Origin: a virus
DNA: 64,000 nt
Reading direction: 5' to 3' (one strand)
Virus record (IMG/VR): IMGVR_UViG_3300020281_001713
Position numbers and translations under genes: made by a program. The notes under the pieces are model-generated. The model was not told where the DNA came from. It saw only the letters and a list, made by a program, of their open reading frames with translations, and searched no databases. Within the stretch, counting starts at the first letter, position 1. The number at the start of each line of letters is the position of its first letter. Below are positions 15,488 through 26,838 of the stretch, piece by piece.

Positions 15488-16489
15488 ATGGTAAAATCAT
15501 GGCTCGCCGCACTCGTGGCGGTATTTGCAGTTGCATCCGTAGCTGAAGCACGAGAAATTAGAATTGTAGGATCCTCTACAGTTTATCCTTTCACAACAAT
15601 CGTAGGAGAAACATTTGCCGCAGAAGGTAACACAGCTCCTGTAGTTGAGTCAACTGGTACAGGTGGTGGTATGAAACTGTTCTGTGCAGGTACAGGCGAT
15701 TCACATCCTGACTTTACAAATGCAAGTAGAGCAATCAAAAGCAGTGAAGTTAAAATGTGTGATGAAAATGGTGTGACTCCACTAGAAATGTTGGTAGGAT
15801 ATGATGGCATTGTTTTTGCAAACAGCAAAGATAGTGCAGTACTAGAAGTTACTCCAAAAGAATTATTTCAAGCACTAGCTAAAGATGTTCCACAGGATAA
15901 CGGTAACTTAGTACCAAACACATTTACACATTGGAATCAAATTAACAGCAGTTTTCCAGCAATTAAAATAGAAGTGTTAGGACCACCTCCTTCAAGTGGA
16001 ACACGTGATGCATGGGTAGAGCTTGTAATGGAAAAAGGTTGTAAGACTTACGACTGGGTTAACGCAATGAAGAAGGTAGACAAAAAAGCATACAAAGGTA
16101 TCTGTCACGGTATTCGAGAAGATGGTGCTTATGTAGAAGCAGGCGAAAATGATAATTTAATTATTCAGAAGCTTACTAATAATCCAAATGCTTTCGGAAT
16201 CTTCGGATATTCATTCTTAGATCAAAACACAGATGTAATTCAGGGATCTCCTATTGCAGGTGTAATTCCAACATTTGAATCAATTGCTGACGGTTCATAT
16301 CCAGCAAGCCGTGGACTATATGTATATGCTAAAAAAGAGCATATGGGTGTTATCCCAGGTATGACTGAGTTTATGGAACTTTATCTTAGTGATGACGTGG
16401 CGGGAGAAGATGGTTCATTAGGTGATGCAGGACTTATTCCATTACCACAAAAAGAACTTGACAAAGTACGTGAAACTGTGTTAAACTAA
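15488..16489 (+). CDS. pstS: Phosphate ABC transporter substrate-binding protein
   Basis: IVGSSTVYPF, ESTGTGGG, NASR.IK, GPPPSSGTRD, YPASRGLYVY. Confidence 0.95.
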   Translation: MVKSWLAALVAVFAVASVAEAREIRIVGSSTVYPFTTIVGETFAAEGNTAPVVESTGTGGGMKLFCAGTGDSHPDFTNASRAIKSSEVKMCDENGVTPLEMLVGYDGIVFANSKDSAVLEVTPKELFQALAKDVPQDNGNLVPNTFTHWNQINSSFPAIKIEVLGPPPSSGTRDAWVELVMEKGCKTYDWVNAMKKVDKKAYKGICHGIREDGAYVEAGENDNLIIQKLTNNPNAFGIFGYSFLDQNTDVIQGSPIAGVIPTFESIADGSYPASRGLYVYAKKEHMGVIPGMTEFMELYLSDDVAGEDGSLGDAGLIPLPQKELDKVRETVLN

Positions 16490-16546
16490 CAGTAATAGTT
16501 AGGGGTGGGTAGCACTTGCCCCTAACATTCTTTCAAAAGGATTAAT

Positions 16547-17494
16547 ATGCTTATATGGATAGGTCCAAAGAAAAAGTCCAACGGGATTAACGAAGATTAT
16601 TTTAAATTCTTTTTTAGATTATCTAGTTGGATAACAATAGGTATAACATTTGCAATTATAGCAAGTTTATCGTACGAAACAATAAAATTCTTTACGCTTA
16701 TAGATCCAAGAGAATTTTTCTTTAACACAACATGGTCCCCACAGACAGCTTTTAGGGCTGACAGTGTAGGAAGCTCTGGTGAGTTTGGGCTTATACCTTT
16801 GTTATGGGGTACCTTTTTTATTACAACAATAGCAATGTGTATTGCTGGACCGTTAGGATTGCTTTGTGCTATTCTAACAGCAGAGTATTTAAAACCAAAA
16901 GTCAGAATAATAGTAAAACCTTTACTAGAAGTTCTAGCAGGTATACCTACAGTGGTGTATGGTTTCTTTGCCGCGATTGTATTAGGACCTTGGCTTAGAC
17001 AAACTGGGGTTACTTTAGGATTAGATGTCAGTACTGAATCTGCTCTTGCGGCAGGCCTAGTGATGGGTATAATGATTATACCTCTGATAAGTTCTATTAC
17101 AGATGATGTACTTACCGCAGTACCTAGTGCAATGCGTGATGGTGCTAGAGGCGTAGGAGCAACAAGAGAAGAAACAATCCTATCAGTTGTATTACCTGCC
17201 GCACTTCCCGGAGTAGTTGCAGGATTTATAATGGCTATTAGTAGAGCAGTAGGCGAAACTATGATTGTAGTCATGGCCGCAGGACTTGCCGCCAACCTTA
17301 CGATTAATCCTCTAGAAGCAGTTACCACAGTAACAGTTCAAATTGTTACACTACTGATTGGCGACCAAGAGTTTGAAAGTGCAAAAACTCTAAGTGCTTT
17401 TGCATTAGCATTTACTCTTTTCACAGTTACATTTATTTTAAATTGGATAGCATACAGGAATTATAAAAATGCAGTCAACAGACTTAGACAATAA
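16547..17494 (+). CDS. pstC: Phosphate ABC transporter permease PstC
   Basis: KPLLEVLAGIPTVVYGFF, SRAVGETMIV. Confidence 0.95.
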   Translation: MLIWIGPKKKSNGINEDYFKFFFRLSSWITIGITFAIIASLSYETIKFFTLIDPREFFFNTTWSPQTAFRADSVGSSGEFGLIPLLWGTFFITTIAMCIAGPLGLLCAILTAEYLKPKVRIIVKPLLEVLAGIPTVVYGFFAAIVLGPWLRQTGVTLGLDVSTESALAAGLVMGIMIIPLISSITDDVLTAVPSAMRDGARGVGATREETILSVVLPAALPGVVAGFIMAISRAVGETMIVVMAAGLAANLTINPLEAVTTVTVQIVTLLIGDQEFESAKTLSAFALAFTLFTVTFILNWIAYRNYKNAVNRLRQ

Positions 17495-18650
17495 AATAAC
17501 AGGACGCAGGCGAGTAGTACAAAAAAGTCTTGAGTATGCATGTTATAGTGCAGTGACATTGACTGCTATTTTAATGATTATATTTTTTGCTACTTTAGGT
17601 TACAGAGGAATAGGAGCATTTACTCAAACAAAAATTGAAGTTGATGTAGTAGAAGTACAAAGCACAAGTAAAAAAAGTATTAATGAAGCAATGTATAGAC
17701 TAGTTAAGGAACCTGATCGAACGACTAAAAAAGGATTAAGGCAATTAGTTACACCAAATGCTTATAGCACAATAGATATTACAGAAGCAGGTACTTATGT
17801 TCTTGTAGCACATACTAACGTAGACATGTACGTTAAAGGAGTATACGACAAATTAACAGATTCGCAAAGAGAAATAGTAGACATATTAATTTCTGACGGC
17901 AAAATATATCGCACATGGAATTGGAGCTTCTGGACAAACTCAGACAGTCGATCTCCTGAGATAGCAGGCATCTGGGGAGCAATGGTAGGTACATTCTACA
18001 CAATAGGACTTGCATTGATATTTGCATTTCCTATAGGAGTAGGTTGTGCCACCTACATGGAGGAATTTCCAAAGAAACGTAATTCTTGGGCTTATGATTT
18101 TATGGAGATCAACATTAATAATCTTGCCGCAGTACCTAGCATAGTTTATGGTTTACTAGGACTTGCGGTGTTTATACAATTTTTTGGTATGCCTCGAAGT
18201 GCGAGCCTAGTTGGAGGATTAACTTTAGGTATTCTCACATTGCCTACAATAGTAATCGCATGTCGAACAGCATTAAGAACTGTGCCACAAAGTGTTAGAG
18301 ATGCTAGTAATGGACTTGGTGCTAGTAGACTACAAACGACAATGTATCAAGTACTGCCTGCGGCACTGCCTGGGATTATCACAGGAACTATTATTGGAAT
18401 TGCAAGAGCAATAGGAGAGTCAGCGCCTCTACTAATGATTGGTATGGTTGCATTTATTCTTACTGCTCCAACTAGTATATTGGATCCTGCTACAAGTTTG
18501 CCTGTGCAAATTTATCTATGGGCAGACAGTCCAGAAAGGGGATTTGCTGAAAAGACTAGTGCGGCTATCTTAATATTGTTATTAATATTAGTAACATTAA
18601 ACTTATTAGCTATTTGGCTAAGGAAGAGGTTTGAAATAAAATGGAAATAG
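17469..18650 (+). CDS. pstA: Phosphate ABC transporter permease PstA
   Basis: [27 protein letters not shown]. Confidence 0.95.
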   Translation: MQSTDLDNKITGRRRVVQKSLEYACYSAVTLTAILMIIFFATLGYRGIGAFTQTKIEVDVVEVQSTSKKSINEAMYRLVKEPDRTTKKGLRQLVTPNAYSTIDITEAGTYVLVAHTNVDMYVKGVYDKLTDSQREIVDILISDGKIYRTWNWSFWTNSDSRSPEIAGIWGAMVGTFYTIGLALIFAFPIGVGCATYMEEFPKKRNSWAYDFMEININNLAAVPSIVYGLLGLAVFIQFFGMPRSASLVGGLTLGILTLPTIVIACRTALRTVPQSVRDASNGLGASRLQTTMYQVLPAALPGIITGTIIGIARAIGESAPLLMIGMVAFILTAPTSILDPATSLPVQIYLWADSPERGFAEKTSAAILILLLILVTLNLLAIWLRKRFEIKWK

Positions 18651-19438
18651 AAACTAGAAATACACTTACGCTCACAAAGAGCCAAAAAATAGAAGTTCGT
18701 AATCTTAATATTTGGTATGGAGATGCACATGCTATTAAAGATGCAAGCTTAAAAATTAGAAAGAACAATGTGACCGCACTAATTGGTCCGAGTGGTTGTG
18801 GTAAAAGCACATTCTTACGTGCCTTAAACCGAATGAATGATTTTATTGATGACTGTGTTACAAAAGGTTCTGTTGGCATAGATGGGACTGACATCTATAG
18901 AACACAATATACAAATGTAAACAATTTGCGTAAGAGTGTTGGGATGGTTTTTCAAAAGCCCAACCCATTTCCGAAATCAATTTATGAAAATGTCGCATAC
19001 GGCCCGCAATTACATAGGATGCATGAATCAAAGGCACATCTTGATGAAATAGTTAAAAACAGTTTACAGAAAGCTAACCTGTGGGATGAAGTAAAAAATA
19101 GGCTTACATCAGAAGCATTTAGTTTAAGTGGAGGTCAACAACAGCGATTGTGTATTGCTAGAACCCTAGCAGTTGATCCACAAGTTGTATTACTTGATGA
19201 GCCATGCAGTGCTTTGGATCCTATTAGCACTAATGCTATTGAACAACTAATACTTGAACTTAAAAAGTCTTACACTATTGTTATGGTTACTCATAACATG
19301 CAACAAGCCAAACGTATAAGTGATACTACTGCTTATTTTCATCTCGGTGAAATAGTAGAAGTAGGAGCCACTAAAAAGATATTTGGAAATCCTAATCACA
19401 GATCAACGAGGGCTTATGTAAGTGGAGAATTTGGTTAA
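18641..19438 (+). CDS. pstB: Phosphate ABC transporter ATPase PstB
   Basis: [50 protein letters not shown]. Confidence 0.97.
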   Translation: MEIETRNTLTLTKSQKIEVRNLNIWYGDAHAIKDASLKIRKNNVTALIGPSGCGKSTFLRALNRMNDFIDDCVTKGSVGIDGTDIYRTQYTNVNNLRKSVGMVFQKPNPFPKSIYENVAYGPQLHRMHESKAHLDEIVKNSLQKANLWDEVKNRLTSEAFSLSGGQQQRLCIARTLAVDPQVVLLDEPCSALDPISTNAIEQLILELKKSYTIVMVTHNMQQAKRISDTTAYFHLGEIVEVGATKKIFGNPNHRSTRAYVSGEFG

Positions 19439-19497
19439 AGCTCTTGACAATATTAGTATTAGATAGTATACTATAAGAAACAATTACGGATCTACCT

Positions 19498-20286
19498 ATG
19501 AAAATAGCAATAGCTGGATATGGTTATGTTGGTAAGGCTGTTGAAGCTTATCTACAACATACTGGTGCTACGACTAAAATAGTTGATCCTGAATACTATA
19601 GAATACTAGGTAAAGATCTTACATGTGGACTTAAGGTATCAGATACAAATGCCGATGGTGTTATCATTTGTGTTAATACTCCGCAGGCAGAAAATGGTGA
19701 GTGTGATATATCAAATGTTATTGATGTTTTAGGTGATACACATGCTGAGAAACCAGTACTAATAAAAAGCACTATTAGCTTAGAAGGTTGGAAACAAATC
19801 AAGGAAATATTTCCAAGCCATACAATATCTTTTTCACCTGAGTTTATAAGAGCAGATACAGCTATAGAAGATATGTTGAATACCAAAACTATATACATTG
19901 GTGGAGGACATTATTACTTTTGGGAAAGGGTATTTCAGCGAACCACTAAATTATCAAAAATTATACATGCTAAGCCAGAAGAACTAATATTAGCTAAATA
20001 TTTTCGTAACAGCTTTCTAGCTACTAAGGTTGCTTTCTTTAATCAAATTTATGATTTATGTGAAGCAACCAACATAGACTTTTCTAAAGTCTCAACACTA
20101 ATAACGGAGGACAGCCGTATAGGACAAAGCCACACTGAAGTAACAACTGAACGGGGCTTTGGAGGCCACTGTTTCCCTAAAGACACCCAAGCAATTATAA
20201 AGACAGCACACAGGGAAGGTGTAGACCTTTCGTTATTACGAGAGGCTATACGTTATAACAATAACATTAGGAAGGGTACCACTTGA
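19498..20286 (+). CDS. ugd: UDP-glucose 6-dehydrogenase-like protein
   Basis: GYGYVG, ICVNTP, IKSTI, FSPEF, K...[21 protein letters not shown]. Confidence 0.85.
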   Translation: MKIAIAGYGYVGKAVEAYLQHTGATTKIVDPEYYRILGKDLTCGLKVSDTNADGVIICVNTPQAENGECDISNVIDVLGDTHAEKPVLIKSTISLEGWKQIKEIFPSHTISFSPEFIRADTAIEDMLNTKTIYIGGGHYYFWERVFQRTTKLSKIIHAKPEELILAKYFRNSFLATKVAFFNQIYDLCEATNIDFSKVSTLITEDSRIGQSHTEVTTERGFGGHCFPKDTQAIIKTAHREGVDLSLLREAIRYNNNIRKGTT

Positions 20287-21221
20287 AAATGAAAATCATA
20301 ACTGGAAATTCAAACCCAGAGTTAGCGGAAAAGATAGCAAAACACTGCTTCGCGACACTGGTTCCTGCCAACGTGAGTGCGTTTGCAGACGGGGAAACAA
20401 GCGTAGAGTTTTTAGAAAATATTAGAGGTGAAGATGTTTTTATTGTAAACTCAACATCAACACCAGTAAACGATAGTTTAATGGAATTACTTATAATGAT
20501 TGATTCTGCTAGACGTAGTTCAGCAAAAAGGATTACCGCAGTTATTCCTTACTTCGGTTATGCTAGACAAGATAGAAAAAGTGCAAGTCGTACACCTATC
20601 ACTGCTAAACTAGTAGCAAACTTGCTTACCACAGCAGGAGCAGATAGAATACTTACTATGGACTTACATGCTGGTCAAATTCAAGGTTTCTTTGATATAC
20701 CTGTGGACGATTTAACCAGCAGGAAAGTTTTTGCAGAAGACATACAGGCTAGGGTGAATGTTGACGAAGGCACAGTATTTGTATCTCCAGATGCAGGCGG
20801 TGCCGTTCGTGCTAGAAAGTTTGCTGACATGTTTCATGCAGACATTGCTATCGTTGACAAACGTAGGCCGGAGGCTGGTGTTGCAGAAGTAATGGCTCTT
20901 ATCGGAGATGTCAAAGACAAACATGCAATCTTAGTAGATGATATTGTAGACAGTGGCGGAACATTATGTAATGCCGCAAAAGCAATAATGGATGCTGGAG
21001 CATTAAGTGTAAGGGCATATATTACTCACGGAGTGCTTAGTGGAGAAGCTACTAAGAAGATTGAAAAGAGTGTGCTAGAAGAATGTGTAGTTACAGACAG
21101 TATCAACACTAGAGATATTAGTAAAATGAAACGTGTCAGAGAAGTAACAACAGGTTCTTTATTTGGTGAAGCTATTCGTAGGGTAACAAATGAAGAAAGC
21201 GTAAGTTCTTTGTTTATCTAA
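20283..21221 (+). CDS. prs: Ribose-phosphate pyrophosphokinase
   Basis: [40 protein letters not shown]. Confidence 0.97.
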   Translation: MKMKIITGNSNPELAEKIAKHCFATLVPANVSAFADGETSVEFLENIRGEDVFIVNSTSTPVNDSLMELLIMIDSARRSSAKRITAVIPYFGYARQDRKSASRTPITAKLVANLLTTAGADRILTMDLHAGQIQGFFDIPVDDLTSRKVFAEDIQARVNVDEGTVFVSPDAGGAVRARKFADMFHADIAIVDKRRPEAGVAEVMALIGDVKDKHAILVDDIVDSGGTLCNAAKAIMDAGALSVRAYITHGVLSGEATKKIEKSVLEECVVTDSINTRDISKMKRVREVTTGSLFGEAIRRVTNEESVSSLFI

Positions 21222-22003
21222 ACTTGTAGAGTTTCTAATCCTTTAGACGCCTTTTCGGTATGTTCTACATATGCATCTATTGAATGATCTGAAAAGCTAT
21301 CAATTTTTCCTTTTTTGATGCCTCTCCATATTCCTCTAAATCTATCTTTCACCCTTTGCCAGCCAGTAAGCTTTCGTACATTTCCCCATGTATTCAAATA
21401 ATGTTCCATACCATGATGTCTGTAGCCCATAATATTCAAAGGGACTCTTGTTACAATATCGTTATTGTTTACCCACCTAATGTGCCTTACTCCTAGCGAG
21501 TTGCAATATTTAGACCACCCTACTCTTGGACTACCGTAAGTATAAAGTTCATGCGGGTTTTGAATATCTTCACAATGATAACATCTACTTGCCATTATAG
21601 TGGCCATAGCCGCTCCTAACGAATGTCCACAAAACCAAACTGTTTTATTTGCATTTGCCTTTCGTTGTATATCTTCTAGTATCATAGGCCATAAGTCGTC
21701 AACTTCAGTTTTGAAACCGTGATGTACTCGTGATACTGTTTCTGCAACAACAGGATAAGCTTTGAGGTCAGCTTCAATATCACTATATTGCGTAGGCTGT
21801 GTTCCTCGACAAGCTATTACCATGTCAGTCTTATTTTGGAAGCGATATGCCTGAGCACCGTCTCTATCATAAAATTCTACAGTTGTATAACCTAATTTTT
21901 TTGCTTGCTTCTTTGCTTGATCTATGTTATAATAAGCATACTTTGATAGTTTTGCAAACAAAAGTGAACGTCCATAGAGGTCAAGATCTAATATACTCGG
22001 CAT
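21218..22003 (-). CDS. Class 3 lipase
   Basis: [34 protein letters not shown]. Confidence 0.9.
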   Translation of the reverse strand: MPSILDLDLYGRSLLFAKLSKYAYYNIDQAKKQAKKLGYTTVEFYDRDGAQAYRFQNKTDMVIACRGTQPTQYSDIEADLKAYPVVAETVSRVHHGFKTEVDDLWPMILEDIQRKANANKTVWFCGHSLGAAMATIMASRCYHCEDIQNPHELYTYGSPRVGWSKYCNSLGVRHIRWVNNNDIVTRVPLNIMGYRHHGMEHYLNTWGNVRKLTGWQRVKDRFRGIWRGIKKGKIDSFSDHSIDAYVEHTEKASKGLETLQV

Positions 22004-22105
22004 ATAATCTCCTTTCGAATAGTGTTTGGGATAATACTAGTTATCATTACAGTGATATTTATGACAGAAATGCACTAAATACATTAAGGAAGTGCGAGTA
22101 AAAAT

Positions 22106-22369
22106 ATGAAGAAACGTACCAGATCAATATTAGACGAACTAAACCAAGTACATGGTAAAAGAGACAATGACTTGTTTATTGATTCTACGGCAAATAATAT
22201 TATAGAAAGTGCAATCAATTTACTTAGTCGTGTACATAGTCACTATGATGTTGACACAGCTTCAGAACTTGAAAGGCGTTTTATTAATAGTATAAAATCA
22301 GGCGATCCTAGGAAGTTTCGCAGAGCAATTCAAAGAATACGTGAAGGAAAAACAAATGATGTTGAATGA
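22106..22369 (+). CDS. Conserved T4-like phage hypothetical protein
   Basis: TRSILDEL...RRFINSIKSGDPRKF; late-promoter motif upstream. Confidence 0.65.
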   Translation: MKKRTRSILDELNQVHGKRDNDLFIDSTANNIIESAINLLSRVHSHYDVDTASELERRFINSIKSGDPRKFRRAIQRIREGKTNDVE

Positions 22370-23096
22370 AGGCGGTAAAGCATTCCCTGATGTTGTGCCA
22401 TTTGATCACAAGATAATTAAGAAAATTCAAAAACCAATCGACAGTGTTTTGAAATCGGTAGGTGCAGAATCAAGAGCTATAGGATCTGGTGCAACTCCAA
22501 CTCCTGGTAAAATGAGTGGAGACTTAGATGTTATTGTTGATGCCGATAAGATACAAGGGCATTTTAACAGTGCAGATATTCCTACTGCTAGAAAAGACCT
22601 AAGGTCACTTTTTGATAAAGCAGGATTACAAACAACACAGTCGGGTAATAGCGTACATGTAAGAGTCCCTATCGGAAAAGAAGCACACCAAGTAGACATT
22701 ATGATTGTGCCTAATGCAGAAACAGCCGCTGGTTTTCATACACACGAAATACCAAAGGATAGTCCTTATAAAGGAAAACACAAACAAATTGCTGTGGCGT
22801 ATTTGGCTAAAAATCATCCAAAAAGCTTTAAGTGGTCACCTTACAAAGGCCTAGTAGATAGACAAAGCGATGAATTAGTTTCTAACAATTTAGACGAAAT
22901 TGCAAAAATATTAATTGGTCCTAAAGCAACCGCAAAAGATCTAGGTAGTGTTGAAAGTATAGCAAAAGCACTAGGTAAAGAACGTGGTGATAAAATGATG
23001 GCAGACCTTACAAGTGATAAAGGATTTAATCCTCCACCTAAAGAGTCTCTAGCTGACAGACAACTAAGACGTATCAAAGAACTTTTACCAAAATGA
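22356..23096 (+). CDS. Pol-beta-type nucleotidyltransferase-like protein
   Basis: IGSG...SGDLDVIVD...QVDIM motif set; LNE N-terminal motif. Confidence 0.55.
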   Translation: MMLNEGGKAFPDVVPFDHKIIKKIQKPIDSVLKSVGAESRAIGSGATPTPGKMSGDLDVIVDADKIQGHFNSADIPTARKDLRSLFDKAGLQTTQSGNSVHVRVPIGKEAHQVDIMIVPNAETAAGFHTHEIPKDSPYKGKHKQIAVAYLAKNHPKSFKWSPYKGLVDRQSDELVSNNLDEIAKILIGPKATAKDLGSVESIAKALGKERGDKMMADLTSDKGFNPPPKESLADRQLRRIKELLPK

Positions 23097-24178
23097 GATA
23101 TCATGAATTTAAATATTTGACCGAAGCAAAGGTAGGGAGAGAGTATCAACATCTCGAAGACCTAGTTTTTGTTGATGGCTCTAAGGGTGCATTGAAAGCG
23201 GCTGATATTTTAGATGATCTTGGTACTGATTCTGGTGACGTTGCAATTAAATGGGACGGTAACCCTACATTATATTGGGGCAGAGAACCAGACGGACAAT
23301 TCGTGCTTGTAGGAAAGAATGGTTGGGGAAGAAATAAATCCACCTCAGCAGATAACTTATCTAAATTTATAAAAAATACAGGCAAAGGCGAAGACTGGAG
23401 AGAGAAGTTTGGAAATGATATGGCTGGTGTTTTTGATGTTATGAAGTCTGCAACACCACCTAACTTTAGGGGGTACGCATACGGAGACTTACTATATCAT
23501 CCAGGCAAACCATACACCGCCGCAGAAGGCGCAGTAGAATTTACTCCTAATCTTGTCAAATACACAGTGGATACAAAAAGCGAACTTGGGCAACGCATAG
23601 CGGCCTCACAGGTTGGTGTTGTAGCACATACAATATACGACAGTTTTGGGAGTAAACAAAGTACACCAATAAAAGATGTAAGTATTTTTAATAGTAAAGA
23701 GGTAGTAGTATTAGGACAAACTTATGTTACACATCAACCTAAAGTAGATACAAAGGAAACTAATGCTATTCGTAAAAAAGCAAGTGCAAGTGCCTCAATT
23801 ATTGATACTTTTCTTGCACCTGTAAAAGGATTAAGTGATATGAAAAATATCATTTATACATATGTAAATCATATGACTCGTACACAGCAACTTAAAAATA
23901 TAGAATCAGGATTTTTTGATTGGCTAAGTACAAGTAAAGTAAGTGCAAATAAGCAGGCTAAGATAAAAGCTATGAGTGATGCGTCACCAAAAGCTCTTCC
24001 TGGAATATTTGGACTTGTCAAAACGATAATGGCTGTTAAAGACAATATCATAGATCAATTAGATTCCGCAGATGCAGACGTTAAGGCAACAACAAGAGGC
24101 GATAAAGGCGGCGAAGGATATGTCGCACAAAAGAATAAAATCAAACTTGTACCTCGTGCAAGATGGCAACCAAACTAA
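23093..24178 (+). CDS. KxDG-motif (ligase-like) putative virion protein
   Basis: HLEDL...IKWDGNP...GDLLY...GEGYV...KLVPR. Confidence 0.5.
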   Translation: MRYHEFKYLTEAKVGREYQHLEDLVFVDGSKGALKAADILDDLGTDSGDVAIKWDGNPTLYWGREPDGQFVLVGKNGWGRNKSTSADNLSKFIKNTGKGEDWREKFGNDMAGVFDVMKSATPPNFRGYAYGDLLYHPGKPYTAAEGAVEFTPNLVKYTVDTKSELGQRIAASQVGVVAHTIYDSFGSKQSTPIKDVSIFNSKEVVVLGQTYVTHQPKVDTKETNAIRKKASASASIIDTFLAPVKGLSDMKNIIYTYVNHMTRTQQLKNIESGFFDWLSTSKVSANKQAKIKAMSDASPKALPGIFGLVKTIMAVKDNIIDQLDSADADVKATTRGDKGGEGYVAQKNKIKLVPRARWQPN

Positions 24179-24191
24179 GGAGTTAGAAAAA

Positions 24192-24656
24192 ATGAAAATA
24201 CATGAAATAGTAGAAGGGTATTACGATGCATCACCTTTTGCACAGAAGATGGCAAAATATGGTCGTAGACTAATGCAAATGGGACAAGGCAGTGGAGAGC
24301 CTGGTAGCCTAGCAAAAATGTCAGATGAAGAACTAGGCATGATGAATAAAATGGGATCACTTGGTTCAGCTCTTTCAAAAGTAGGAACACCTTTCGGTAT
24401 TAAAGATCCATCAGAGAACGATGGAGTCAGCAGTCCAAAGCAAAGGCTTGCAAAGTTTTTTGCTGAACTAGAAAAGGCAAGTGGTTGTGATAAAGCAATG
24501 TGTATGAAATTGCTTAAAAAAGCAGAAGCCGCAGGCGATATAAAATCCAAAGTTCCTGATCCAGAACCTCAAGACGATGGTGATGACGAACCAGAAGATA
24601 AAGCACCTAGTGATGATGAAATTGATAGAGACGCAGTAGCATTTGCAAAAGGTTAA
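24192..24656 (+). CDS. Putative virion-internal protein
   Basis: AAGGAG RBS; MKIHEIVE N-terminus. Confidence 0.55.
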   Translation: MKIHEIVEGYYDASPFAQKMAKYGRRLMQMGQGSGEPGSLAKMSDEELGMMNKMGSLGSALSKVGTPFGIKDPSENDGVSSPKQRLAKFFAELEKASGCDKAMCMKLLKKAEAAGDIKSKVPDPEPQDDGDDEPEDKAPSDDEIDRDAVAFAKG

Positions 24657-24661
24657 TTTTA

Positions 24662-25579
24662 ATGGAAGATACTGCAACACTTGATATAGAAACACAAACA
24701 GAAACAGAAGACACTGCATTTTCTTTTATAAAAGACTTGCATGAAGCTCGCATGACCAAAGATAATGGCAGTGCAAAAAAGCTTACTTTTTCTGATTGTT
24801 GTGAAAGACTTTATCTTTCGTTGCTAATACTAGAAACGATGCGACAGTTTCCTGACTTTAAAGGTCCAGTACAGAGGTATGCCAAAAAAACTATAGGATT
24901 TGAAACTTATAAGTTCTACAGAATAATGGCAACAGATCTATATAACTTTATATATTTTATAGTTGGTACGGATTCAGCACAGGATAAGTTAAAAGATCCA
25001 AAGTCAGCTAAAGAAATGAAGCGTAATACAAGAGTACCTGTAAATGACCTAAATAGATATATTAGATCATTAGCATCTGGATCATCTACTGGTCCTGGAT
25101 CATTATTCATAAAACTTGAATCTGCTTTAAGAATTACTAACTCCGACTATAAAGCAGTTCGCAGAAGTGTGATGAACTGGGATAAGCAAACACGATCAGA
25201 AAAACGACTTGTAGCAACACGTTTGATATTTGCGGCAAGAGCAAAACTTAGAAGTTCAGACTTAATTGATGATTTTGAGAAGTGGGCCGCAATTAAAAAC
25301 ATGGAGAAAGCTAGTGTAACTGATCCGGAACCTACAGTATCAAAACCAGACCTAGCAGGCTCACAACAGAATTTAGCACTATATAGATATCTTGTAGGAT
25401 CTAAAAACTTAGCCCTTACAAAACGTTTCTTACAACAGGCAAGCAATGGACAAGCCGCGAGCAGTGGCATGGTGCAAGCATATATGCCTGCAATAGAAAT
25501 GATTGATGATATCGTGCAAGCAGGCCCTGCATACGTAAATAACCTACGTGCATTGCATAAACGAGCCAAAAAGAGCTAA
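24662..25579 (+). CDS. Hypothetical phage protein
   Basis: 305-aa ORF in the late cluster. Confidence 0.7.
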   Translation: MEDTATLDIETQTETEDTAFSFIKDLHEARMTKDNGSAKKLTFSDCCERLYLSLLILETMRQFPDFKGPVQRYAKKTIGFETYKFYRIMATDLYNFIYFIVGTDSAQDKLKDPKSAKEMKRNTRVPVNDLNRYIRSLASGSSTGPGSLFIKLESALRITNSDYKAVRRSVMNWDKQTRSEKRLVATRLIFAARAKLRSSDLIDDFEKWAAIKNMEKASVTDPEPTVSKPDLAGSQQNLALYRYLVGSKNLALTKRFLQQASNGQAASSGMVQAYMPAIEMIDDIVQAGPAYVNNLRALHKRAKKS

Positions 25580-25670
25580 AACACCCTATATTTTACCATA
25601 TAAATGATAAATAAAAGTATACAAAGAAGGAGAGGCCTTCTTTAGTCATTAGAGTATAGGAGAATATAAA

Positions 25671-26000
25671 ATGGCAGCAGTAACAAGAGTAAATGGTTTG
25701 GGTCATGCCCACGCTACACTATATAGCACAGCTAATATTGGCTTTGCAGTAATCGACGCAGGTGCTTCATTGGCAGCTAAAGGCGGAATTGGTTCAACAA
25801 TTGAAGCAATCGCACAAGCAGTTAATCCAATTGCACTTGATTCAGAAGGCACAGCTGGTTTGGTAAACATCTGTTATGATGCTTCACAAACTAATGCCGC
25901 TGGCCTACAAGTTATTGTAAGAGGACTAGGAACAGTTGATTCAATCGACCTTTCTTCTGCTACAGTAACTGAAGGCGGACAGTTTATCGTAAGTGCATAA
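25671..26000 (+). CDS. Putative structural (decoration-like) protein
   Basis: Own late promoter, strong RBS, Ala/Gly-rich, followed by a terminator. Confidence 0.5.
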   Translation: MAAVTRVNGLGHAHATLYSTANIGFAVIDAGASLAAKGGIGSTIEAIAQAVNPIALDSEGTAGLVNICYDASQTNAAGLQVIVRGLGTVDSIDLSSATVTEGGQFIVSA

Positions 26001-26040
26001 TTTACGTAACTAAAAATAAAATCTACCTTAGGATTTTTAA

Positions 26041-26069
26041 GAGCTCACATTTATGTGGGCTCTTTTTTT
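26041..26069 (+). terminator. Rho-independent terminator
   Basis: GAGCTCACAT-TT-ATGTGGGCTC followed by TTTTTTT. Confidence 0.75.
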
Positions 26070-26086
26070 ATGTCTGTAAATACTGT

Positions 26087-26485
26087 ATGGACACTTTCAG
26101 ACTGATTACATTAGTAGACATAACCGAGACTGGTGCTAGACGTGGGGAAGATCCTGTAGAATTTAGGCAACAACAAAACTTTCTTTCAGTATTGCAGACG
26201 ATAGGTTTACGCACAAATCTTGATTATTCTTCTGGTCCTATACAAAAAAAGGGTCAATCAATTAAAAATAATTTAGGGTCAGAGTATAAAGGACAACAAT
26301 CTATTTGGCAGTTTGATTTTACTATTCCTGCACCTGATTCATTAACTGTAGACATGTTAAACAACGATTTTAATTTAATTCCTATAATTACAAATTTAAC
26401 TGAAACAGCTGAATTTAAAAACAACGTTTTTATCACCCAAAATGATAAAATATCTAATGTTTATTTCGAACTTTTGGATAAATAA
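26087..26485 (+). CDS. Hypothetical phage protein
   Basis: TLVDITETG...QQ.NF...LQTIGLR. Confidence 0.65.
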   Translation: MDTFRLITLVDITETGARRGEDPVEFRQQQNFLSVLQTIGLRTNLDYSSGPIQKKGQSIKNNLGSEYKGQQSIWQFDFTIPAPDSLTVDMLNNDFNLIPIITNLTETAEFKNNVFITQNDKISNVYFELLDK

Positions 26486-26586
26486 TATTGTTAGACAAAA
26501 ACTATCCAGGCATCTAAAAAGACCCATTAAGGCCAACTAAGAGTTTACTTAATAAACTTACTGAGCGTAAGTAATCGGAGATATAG

Positions 26587-26820
26587 ATGGCTGGAGCCAC
26601 AGAATTAGAAAGAGAGAACCTTGAAGCACATGTTGATTTATGTCAACAAAGATATGAAGCTTTAGAAGGTAGACTCACAAAAATAGAAGAAAAAGTAGAT
26701 AGCATTCATAAAGATGTTGTCGAAGGCCAAAAGAGTATGACAAAAGTCCTCATTGGCGCCGCTGGCACGATCGTAGCCGGCTTATTATCCACTATCATTG
26801 TTTTAGTAATGAACCTTTAA
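26587..26820 (+). CDS. Coiled-coil protein with C-terminal transmembrane helix
   Basis: LEAHVDLCQQRYEALE...; GGAG RBS. Confidence 0.65.
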   Translation: MAGATELERENLEAHVDLCQQRYEALEGRLTKIEEKVDSIHKDVVEGQKSMTKVLIGAAGTIVAGLLSTIIVLVMNL

Positions 26821-26838
26821 AATCCGCTAAATAACTAT

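Noticed and set aside
16597-17328. Long antisense ORFs within pstC, hemA, guaC, the M15 gene and others
   Set aside because: Opposite well-supported genes; typical codon-bias shadows
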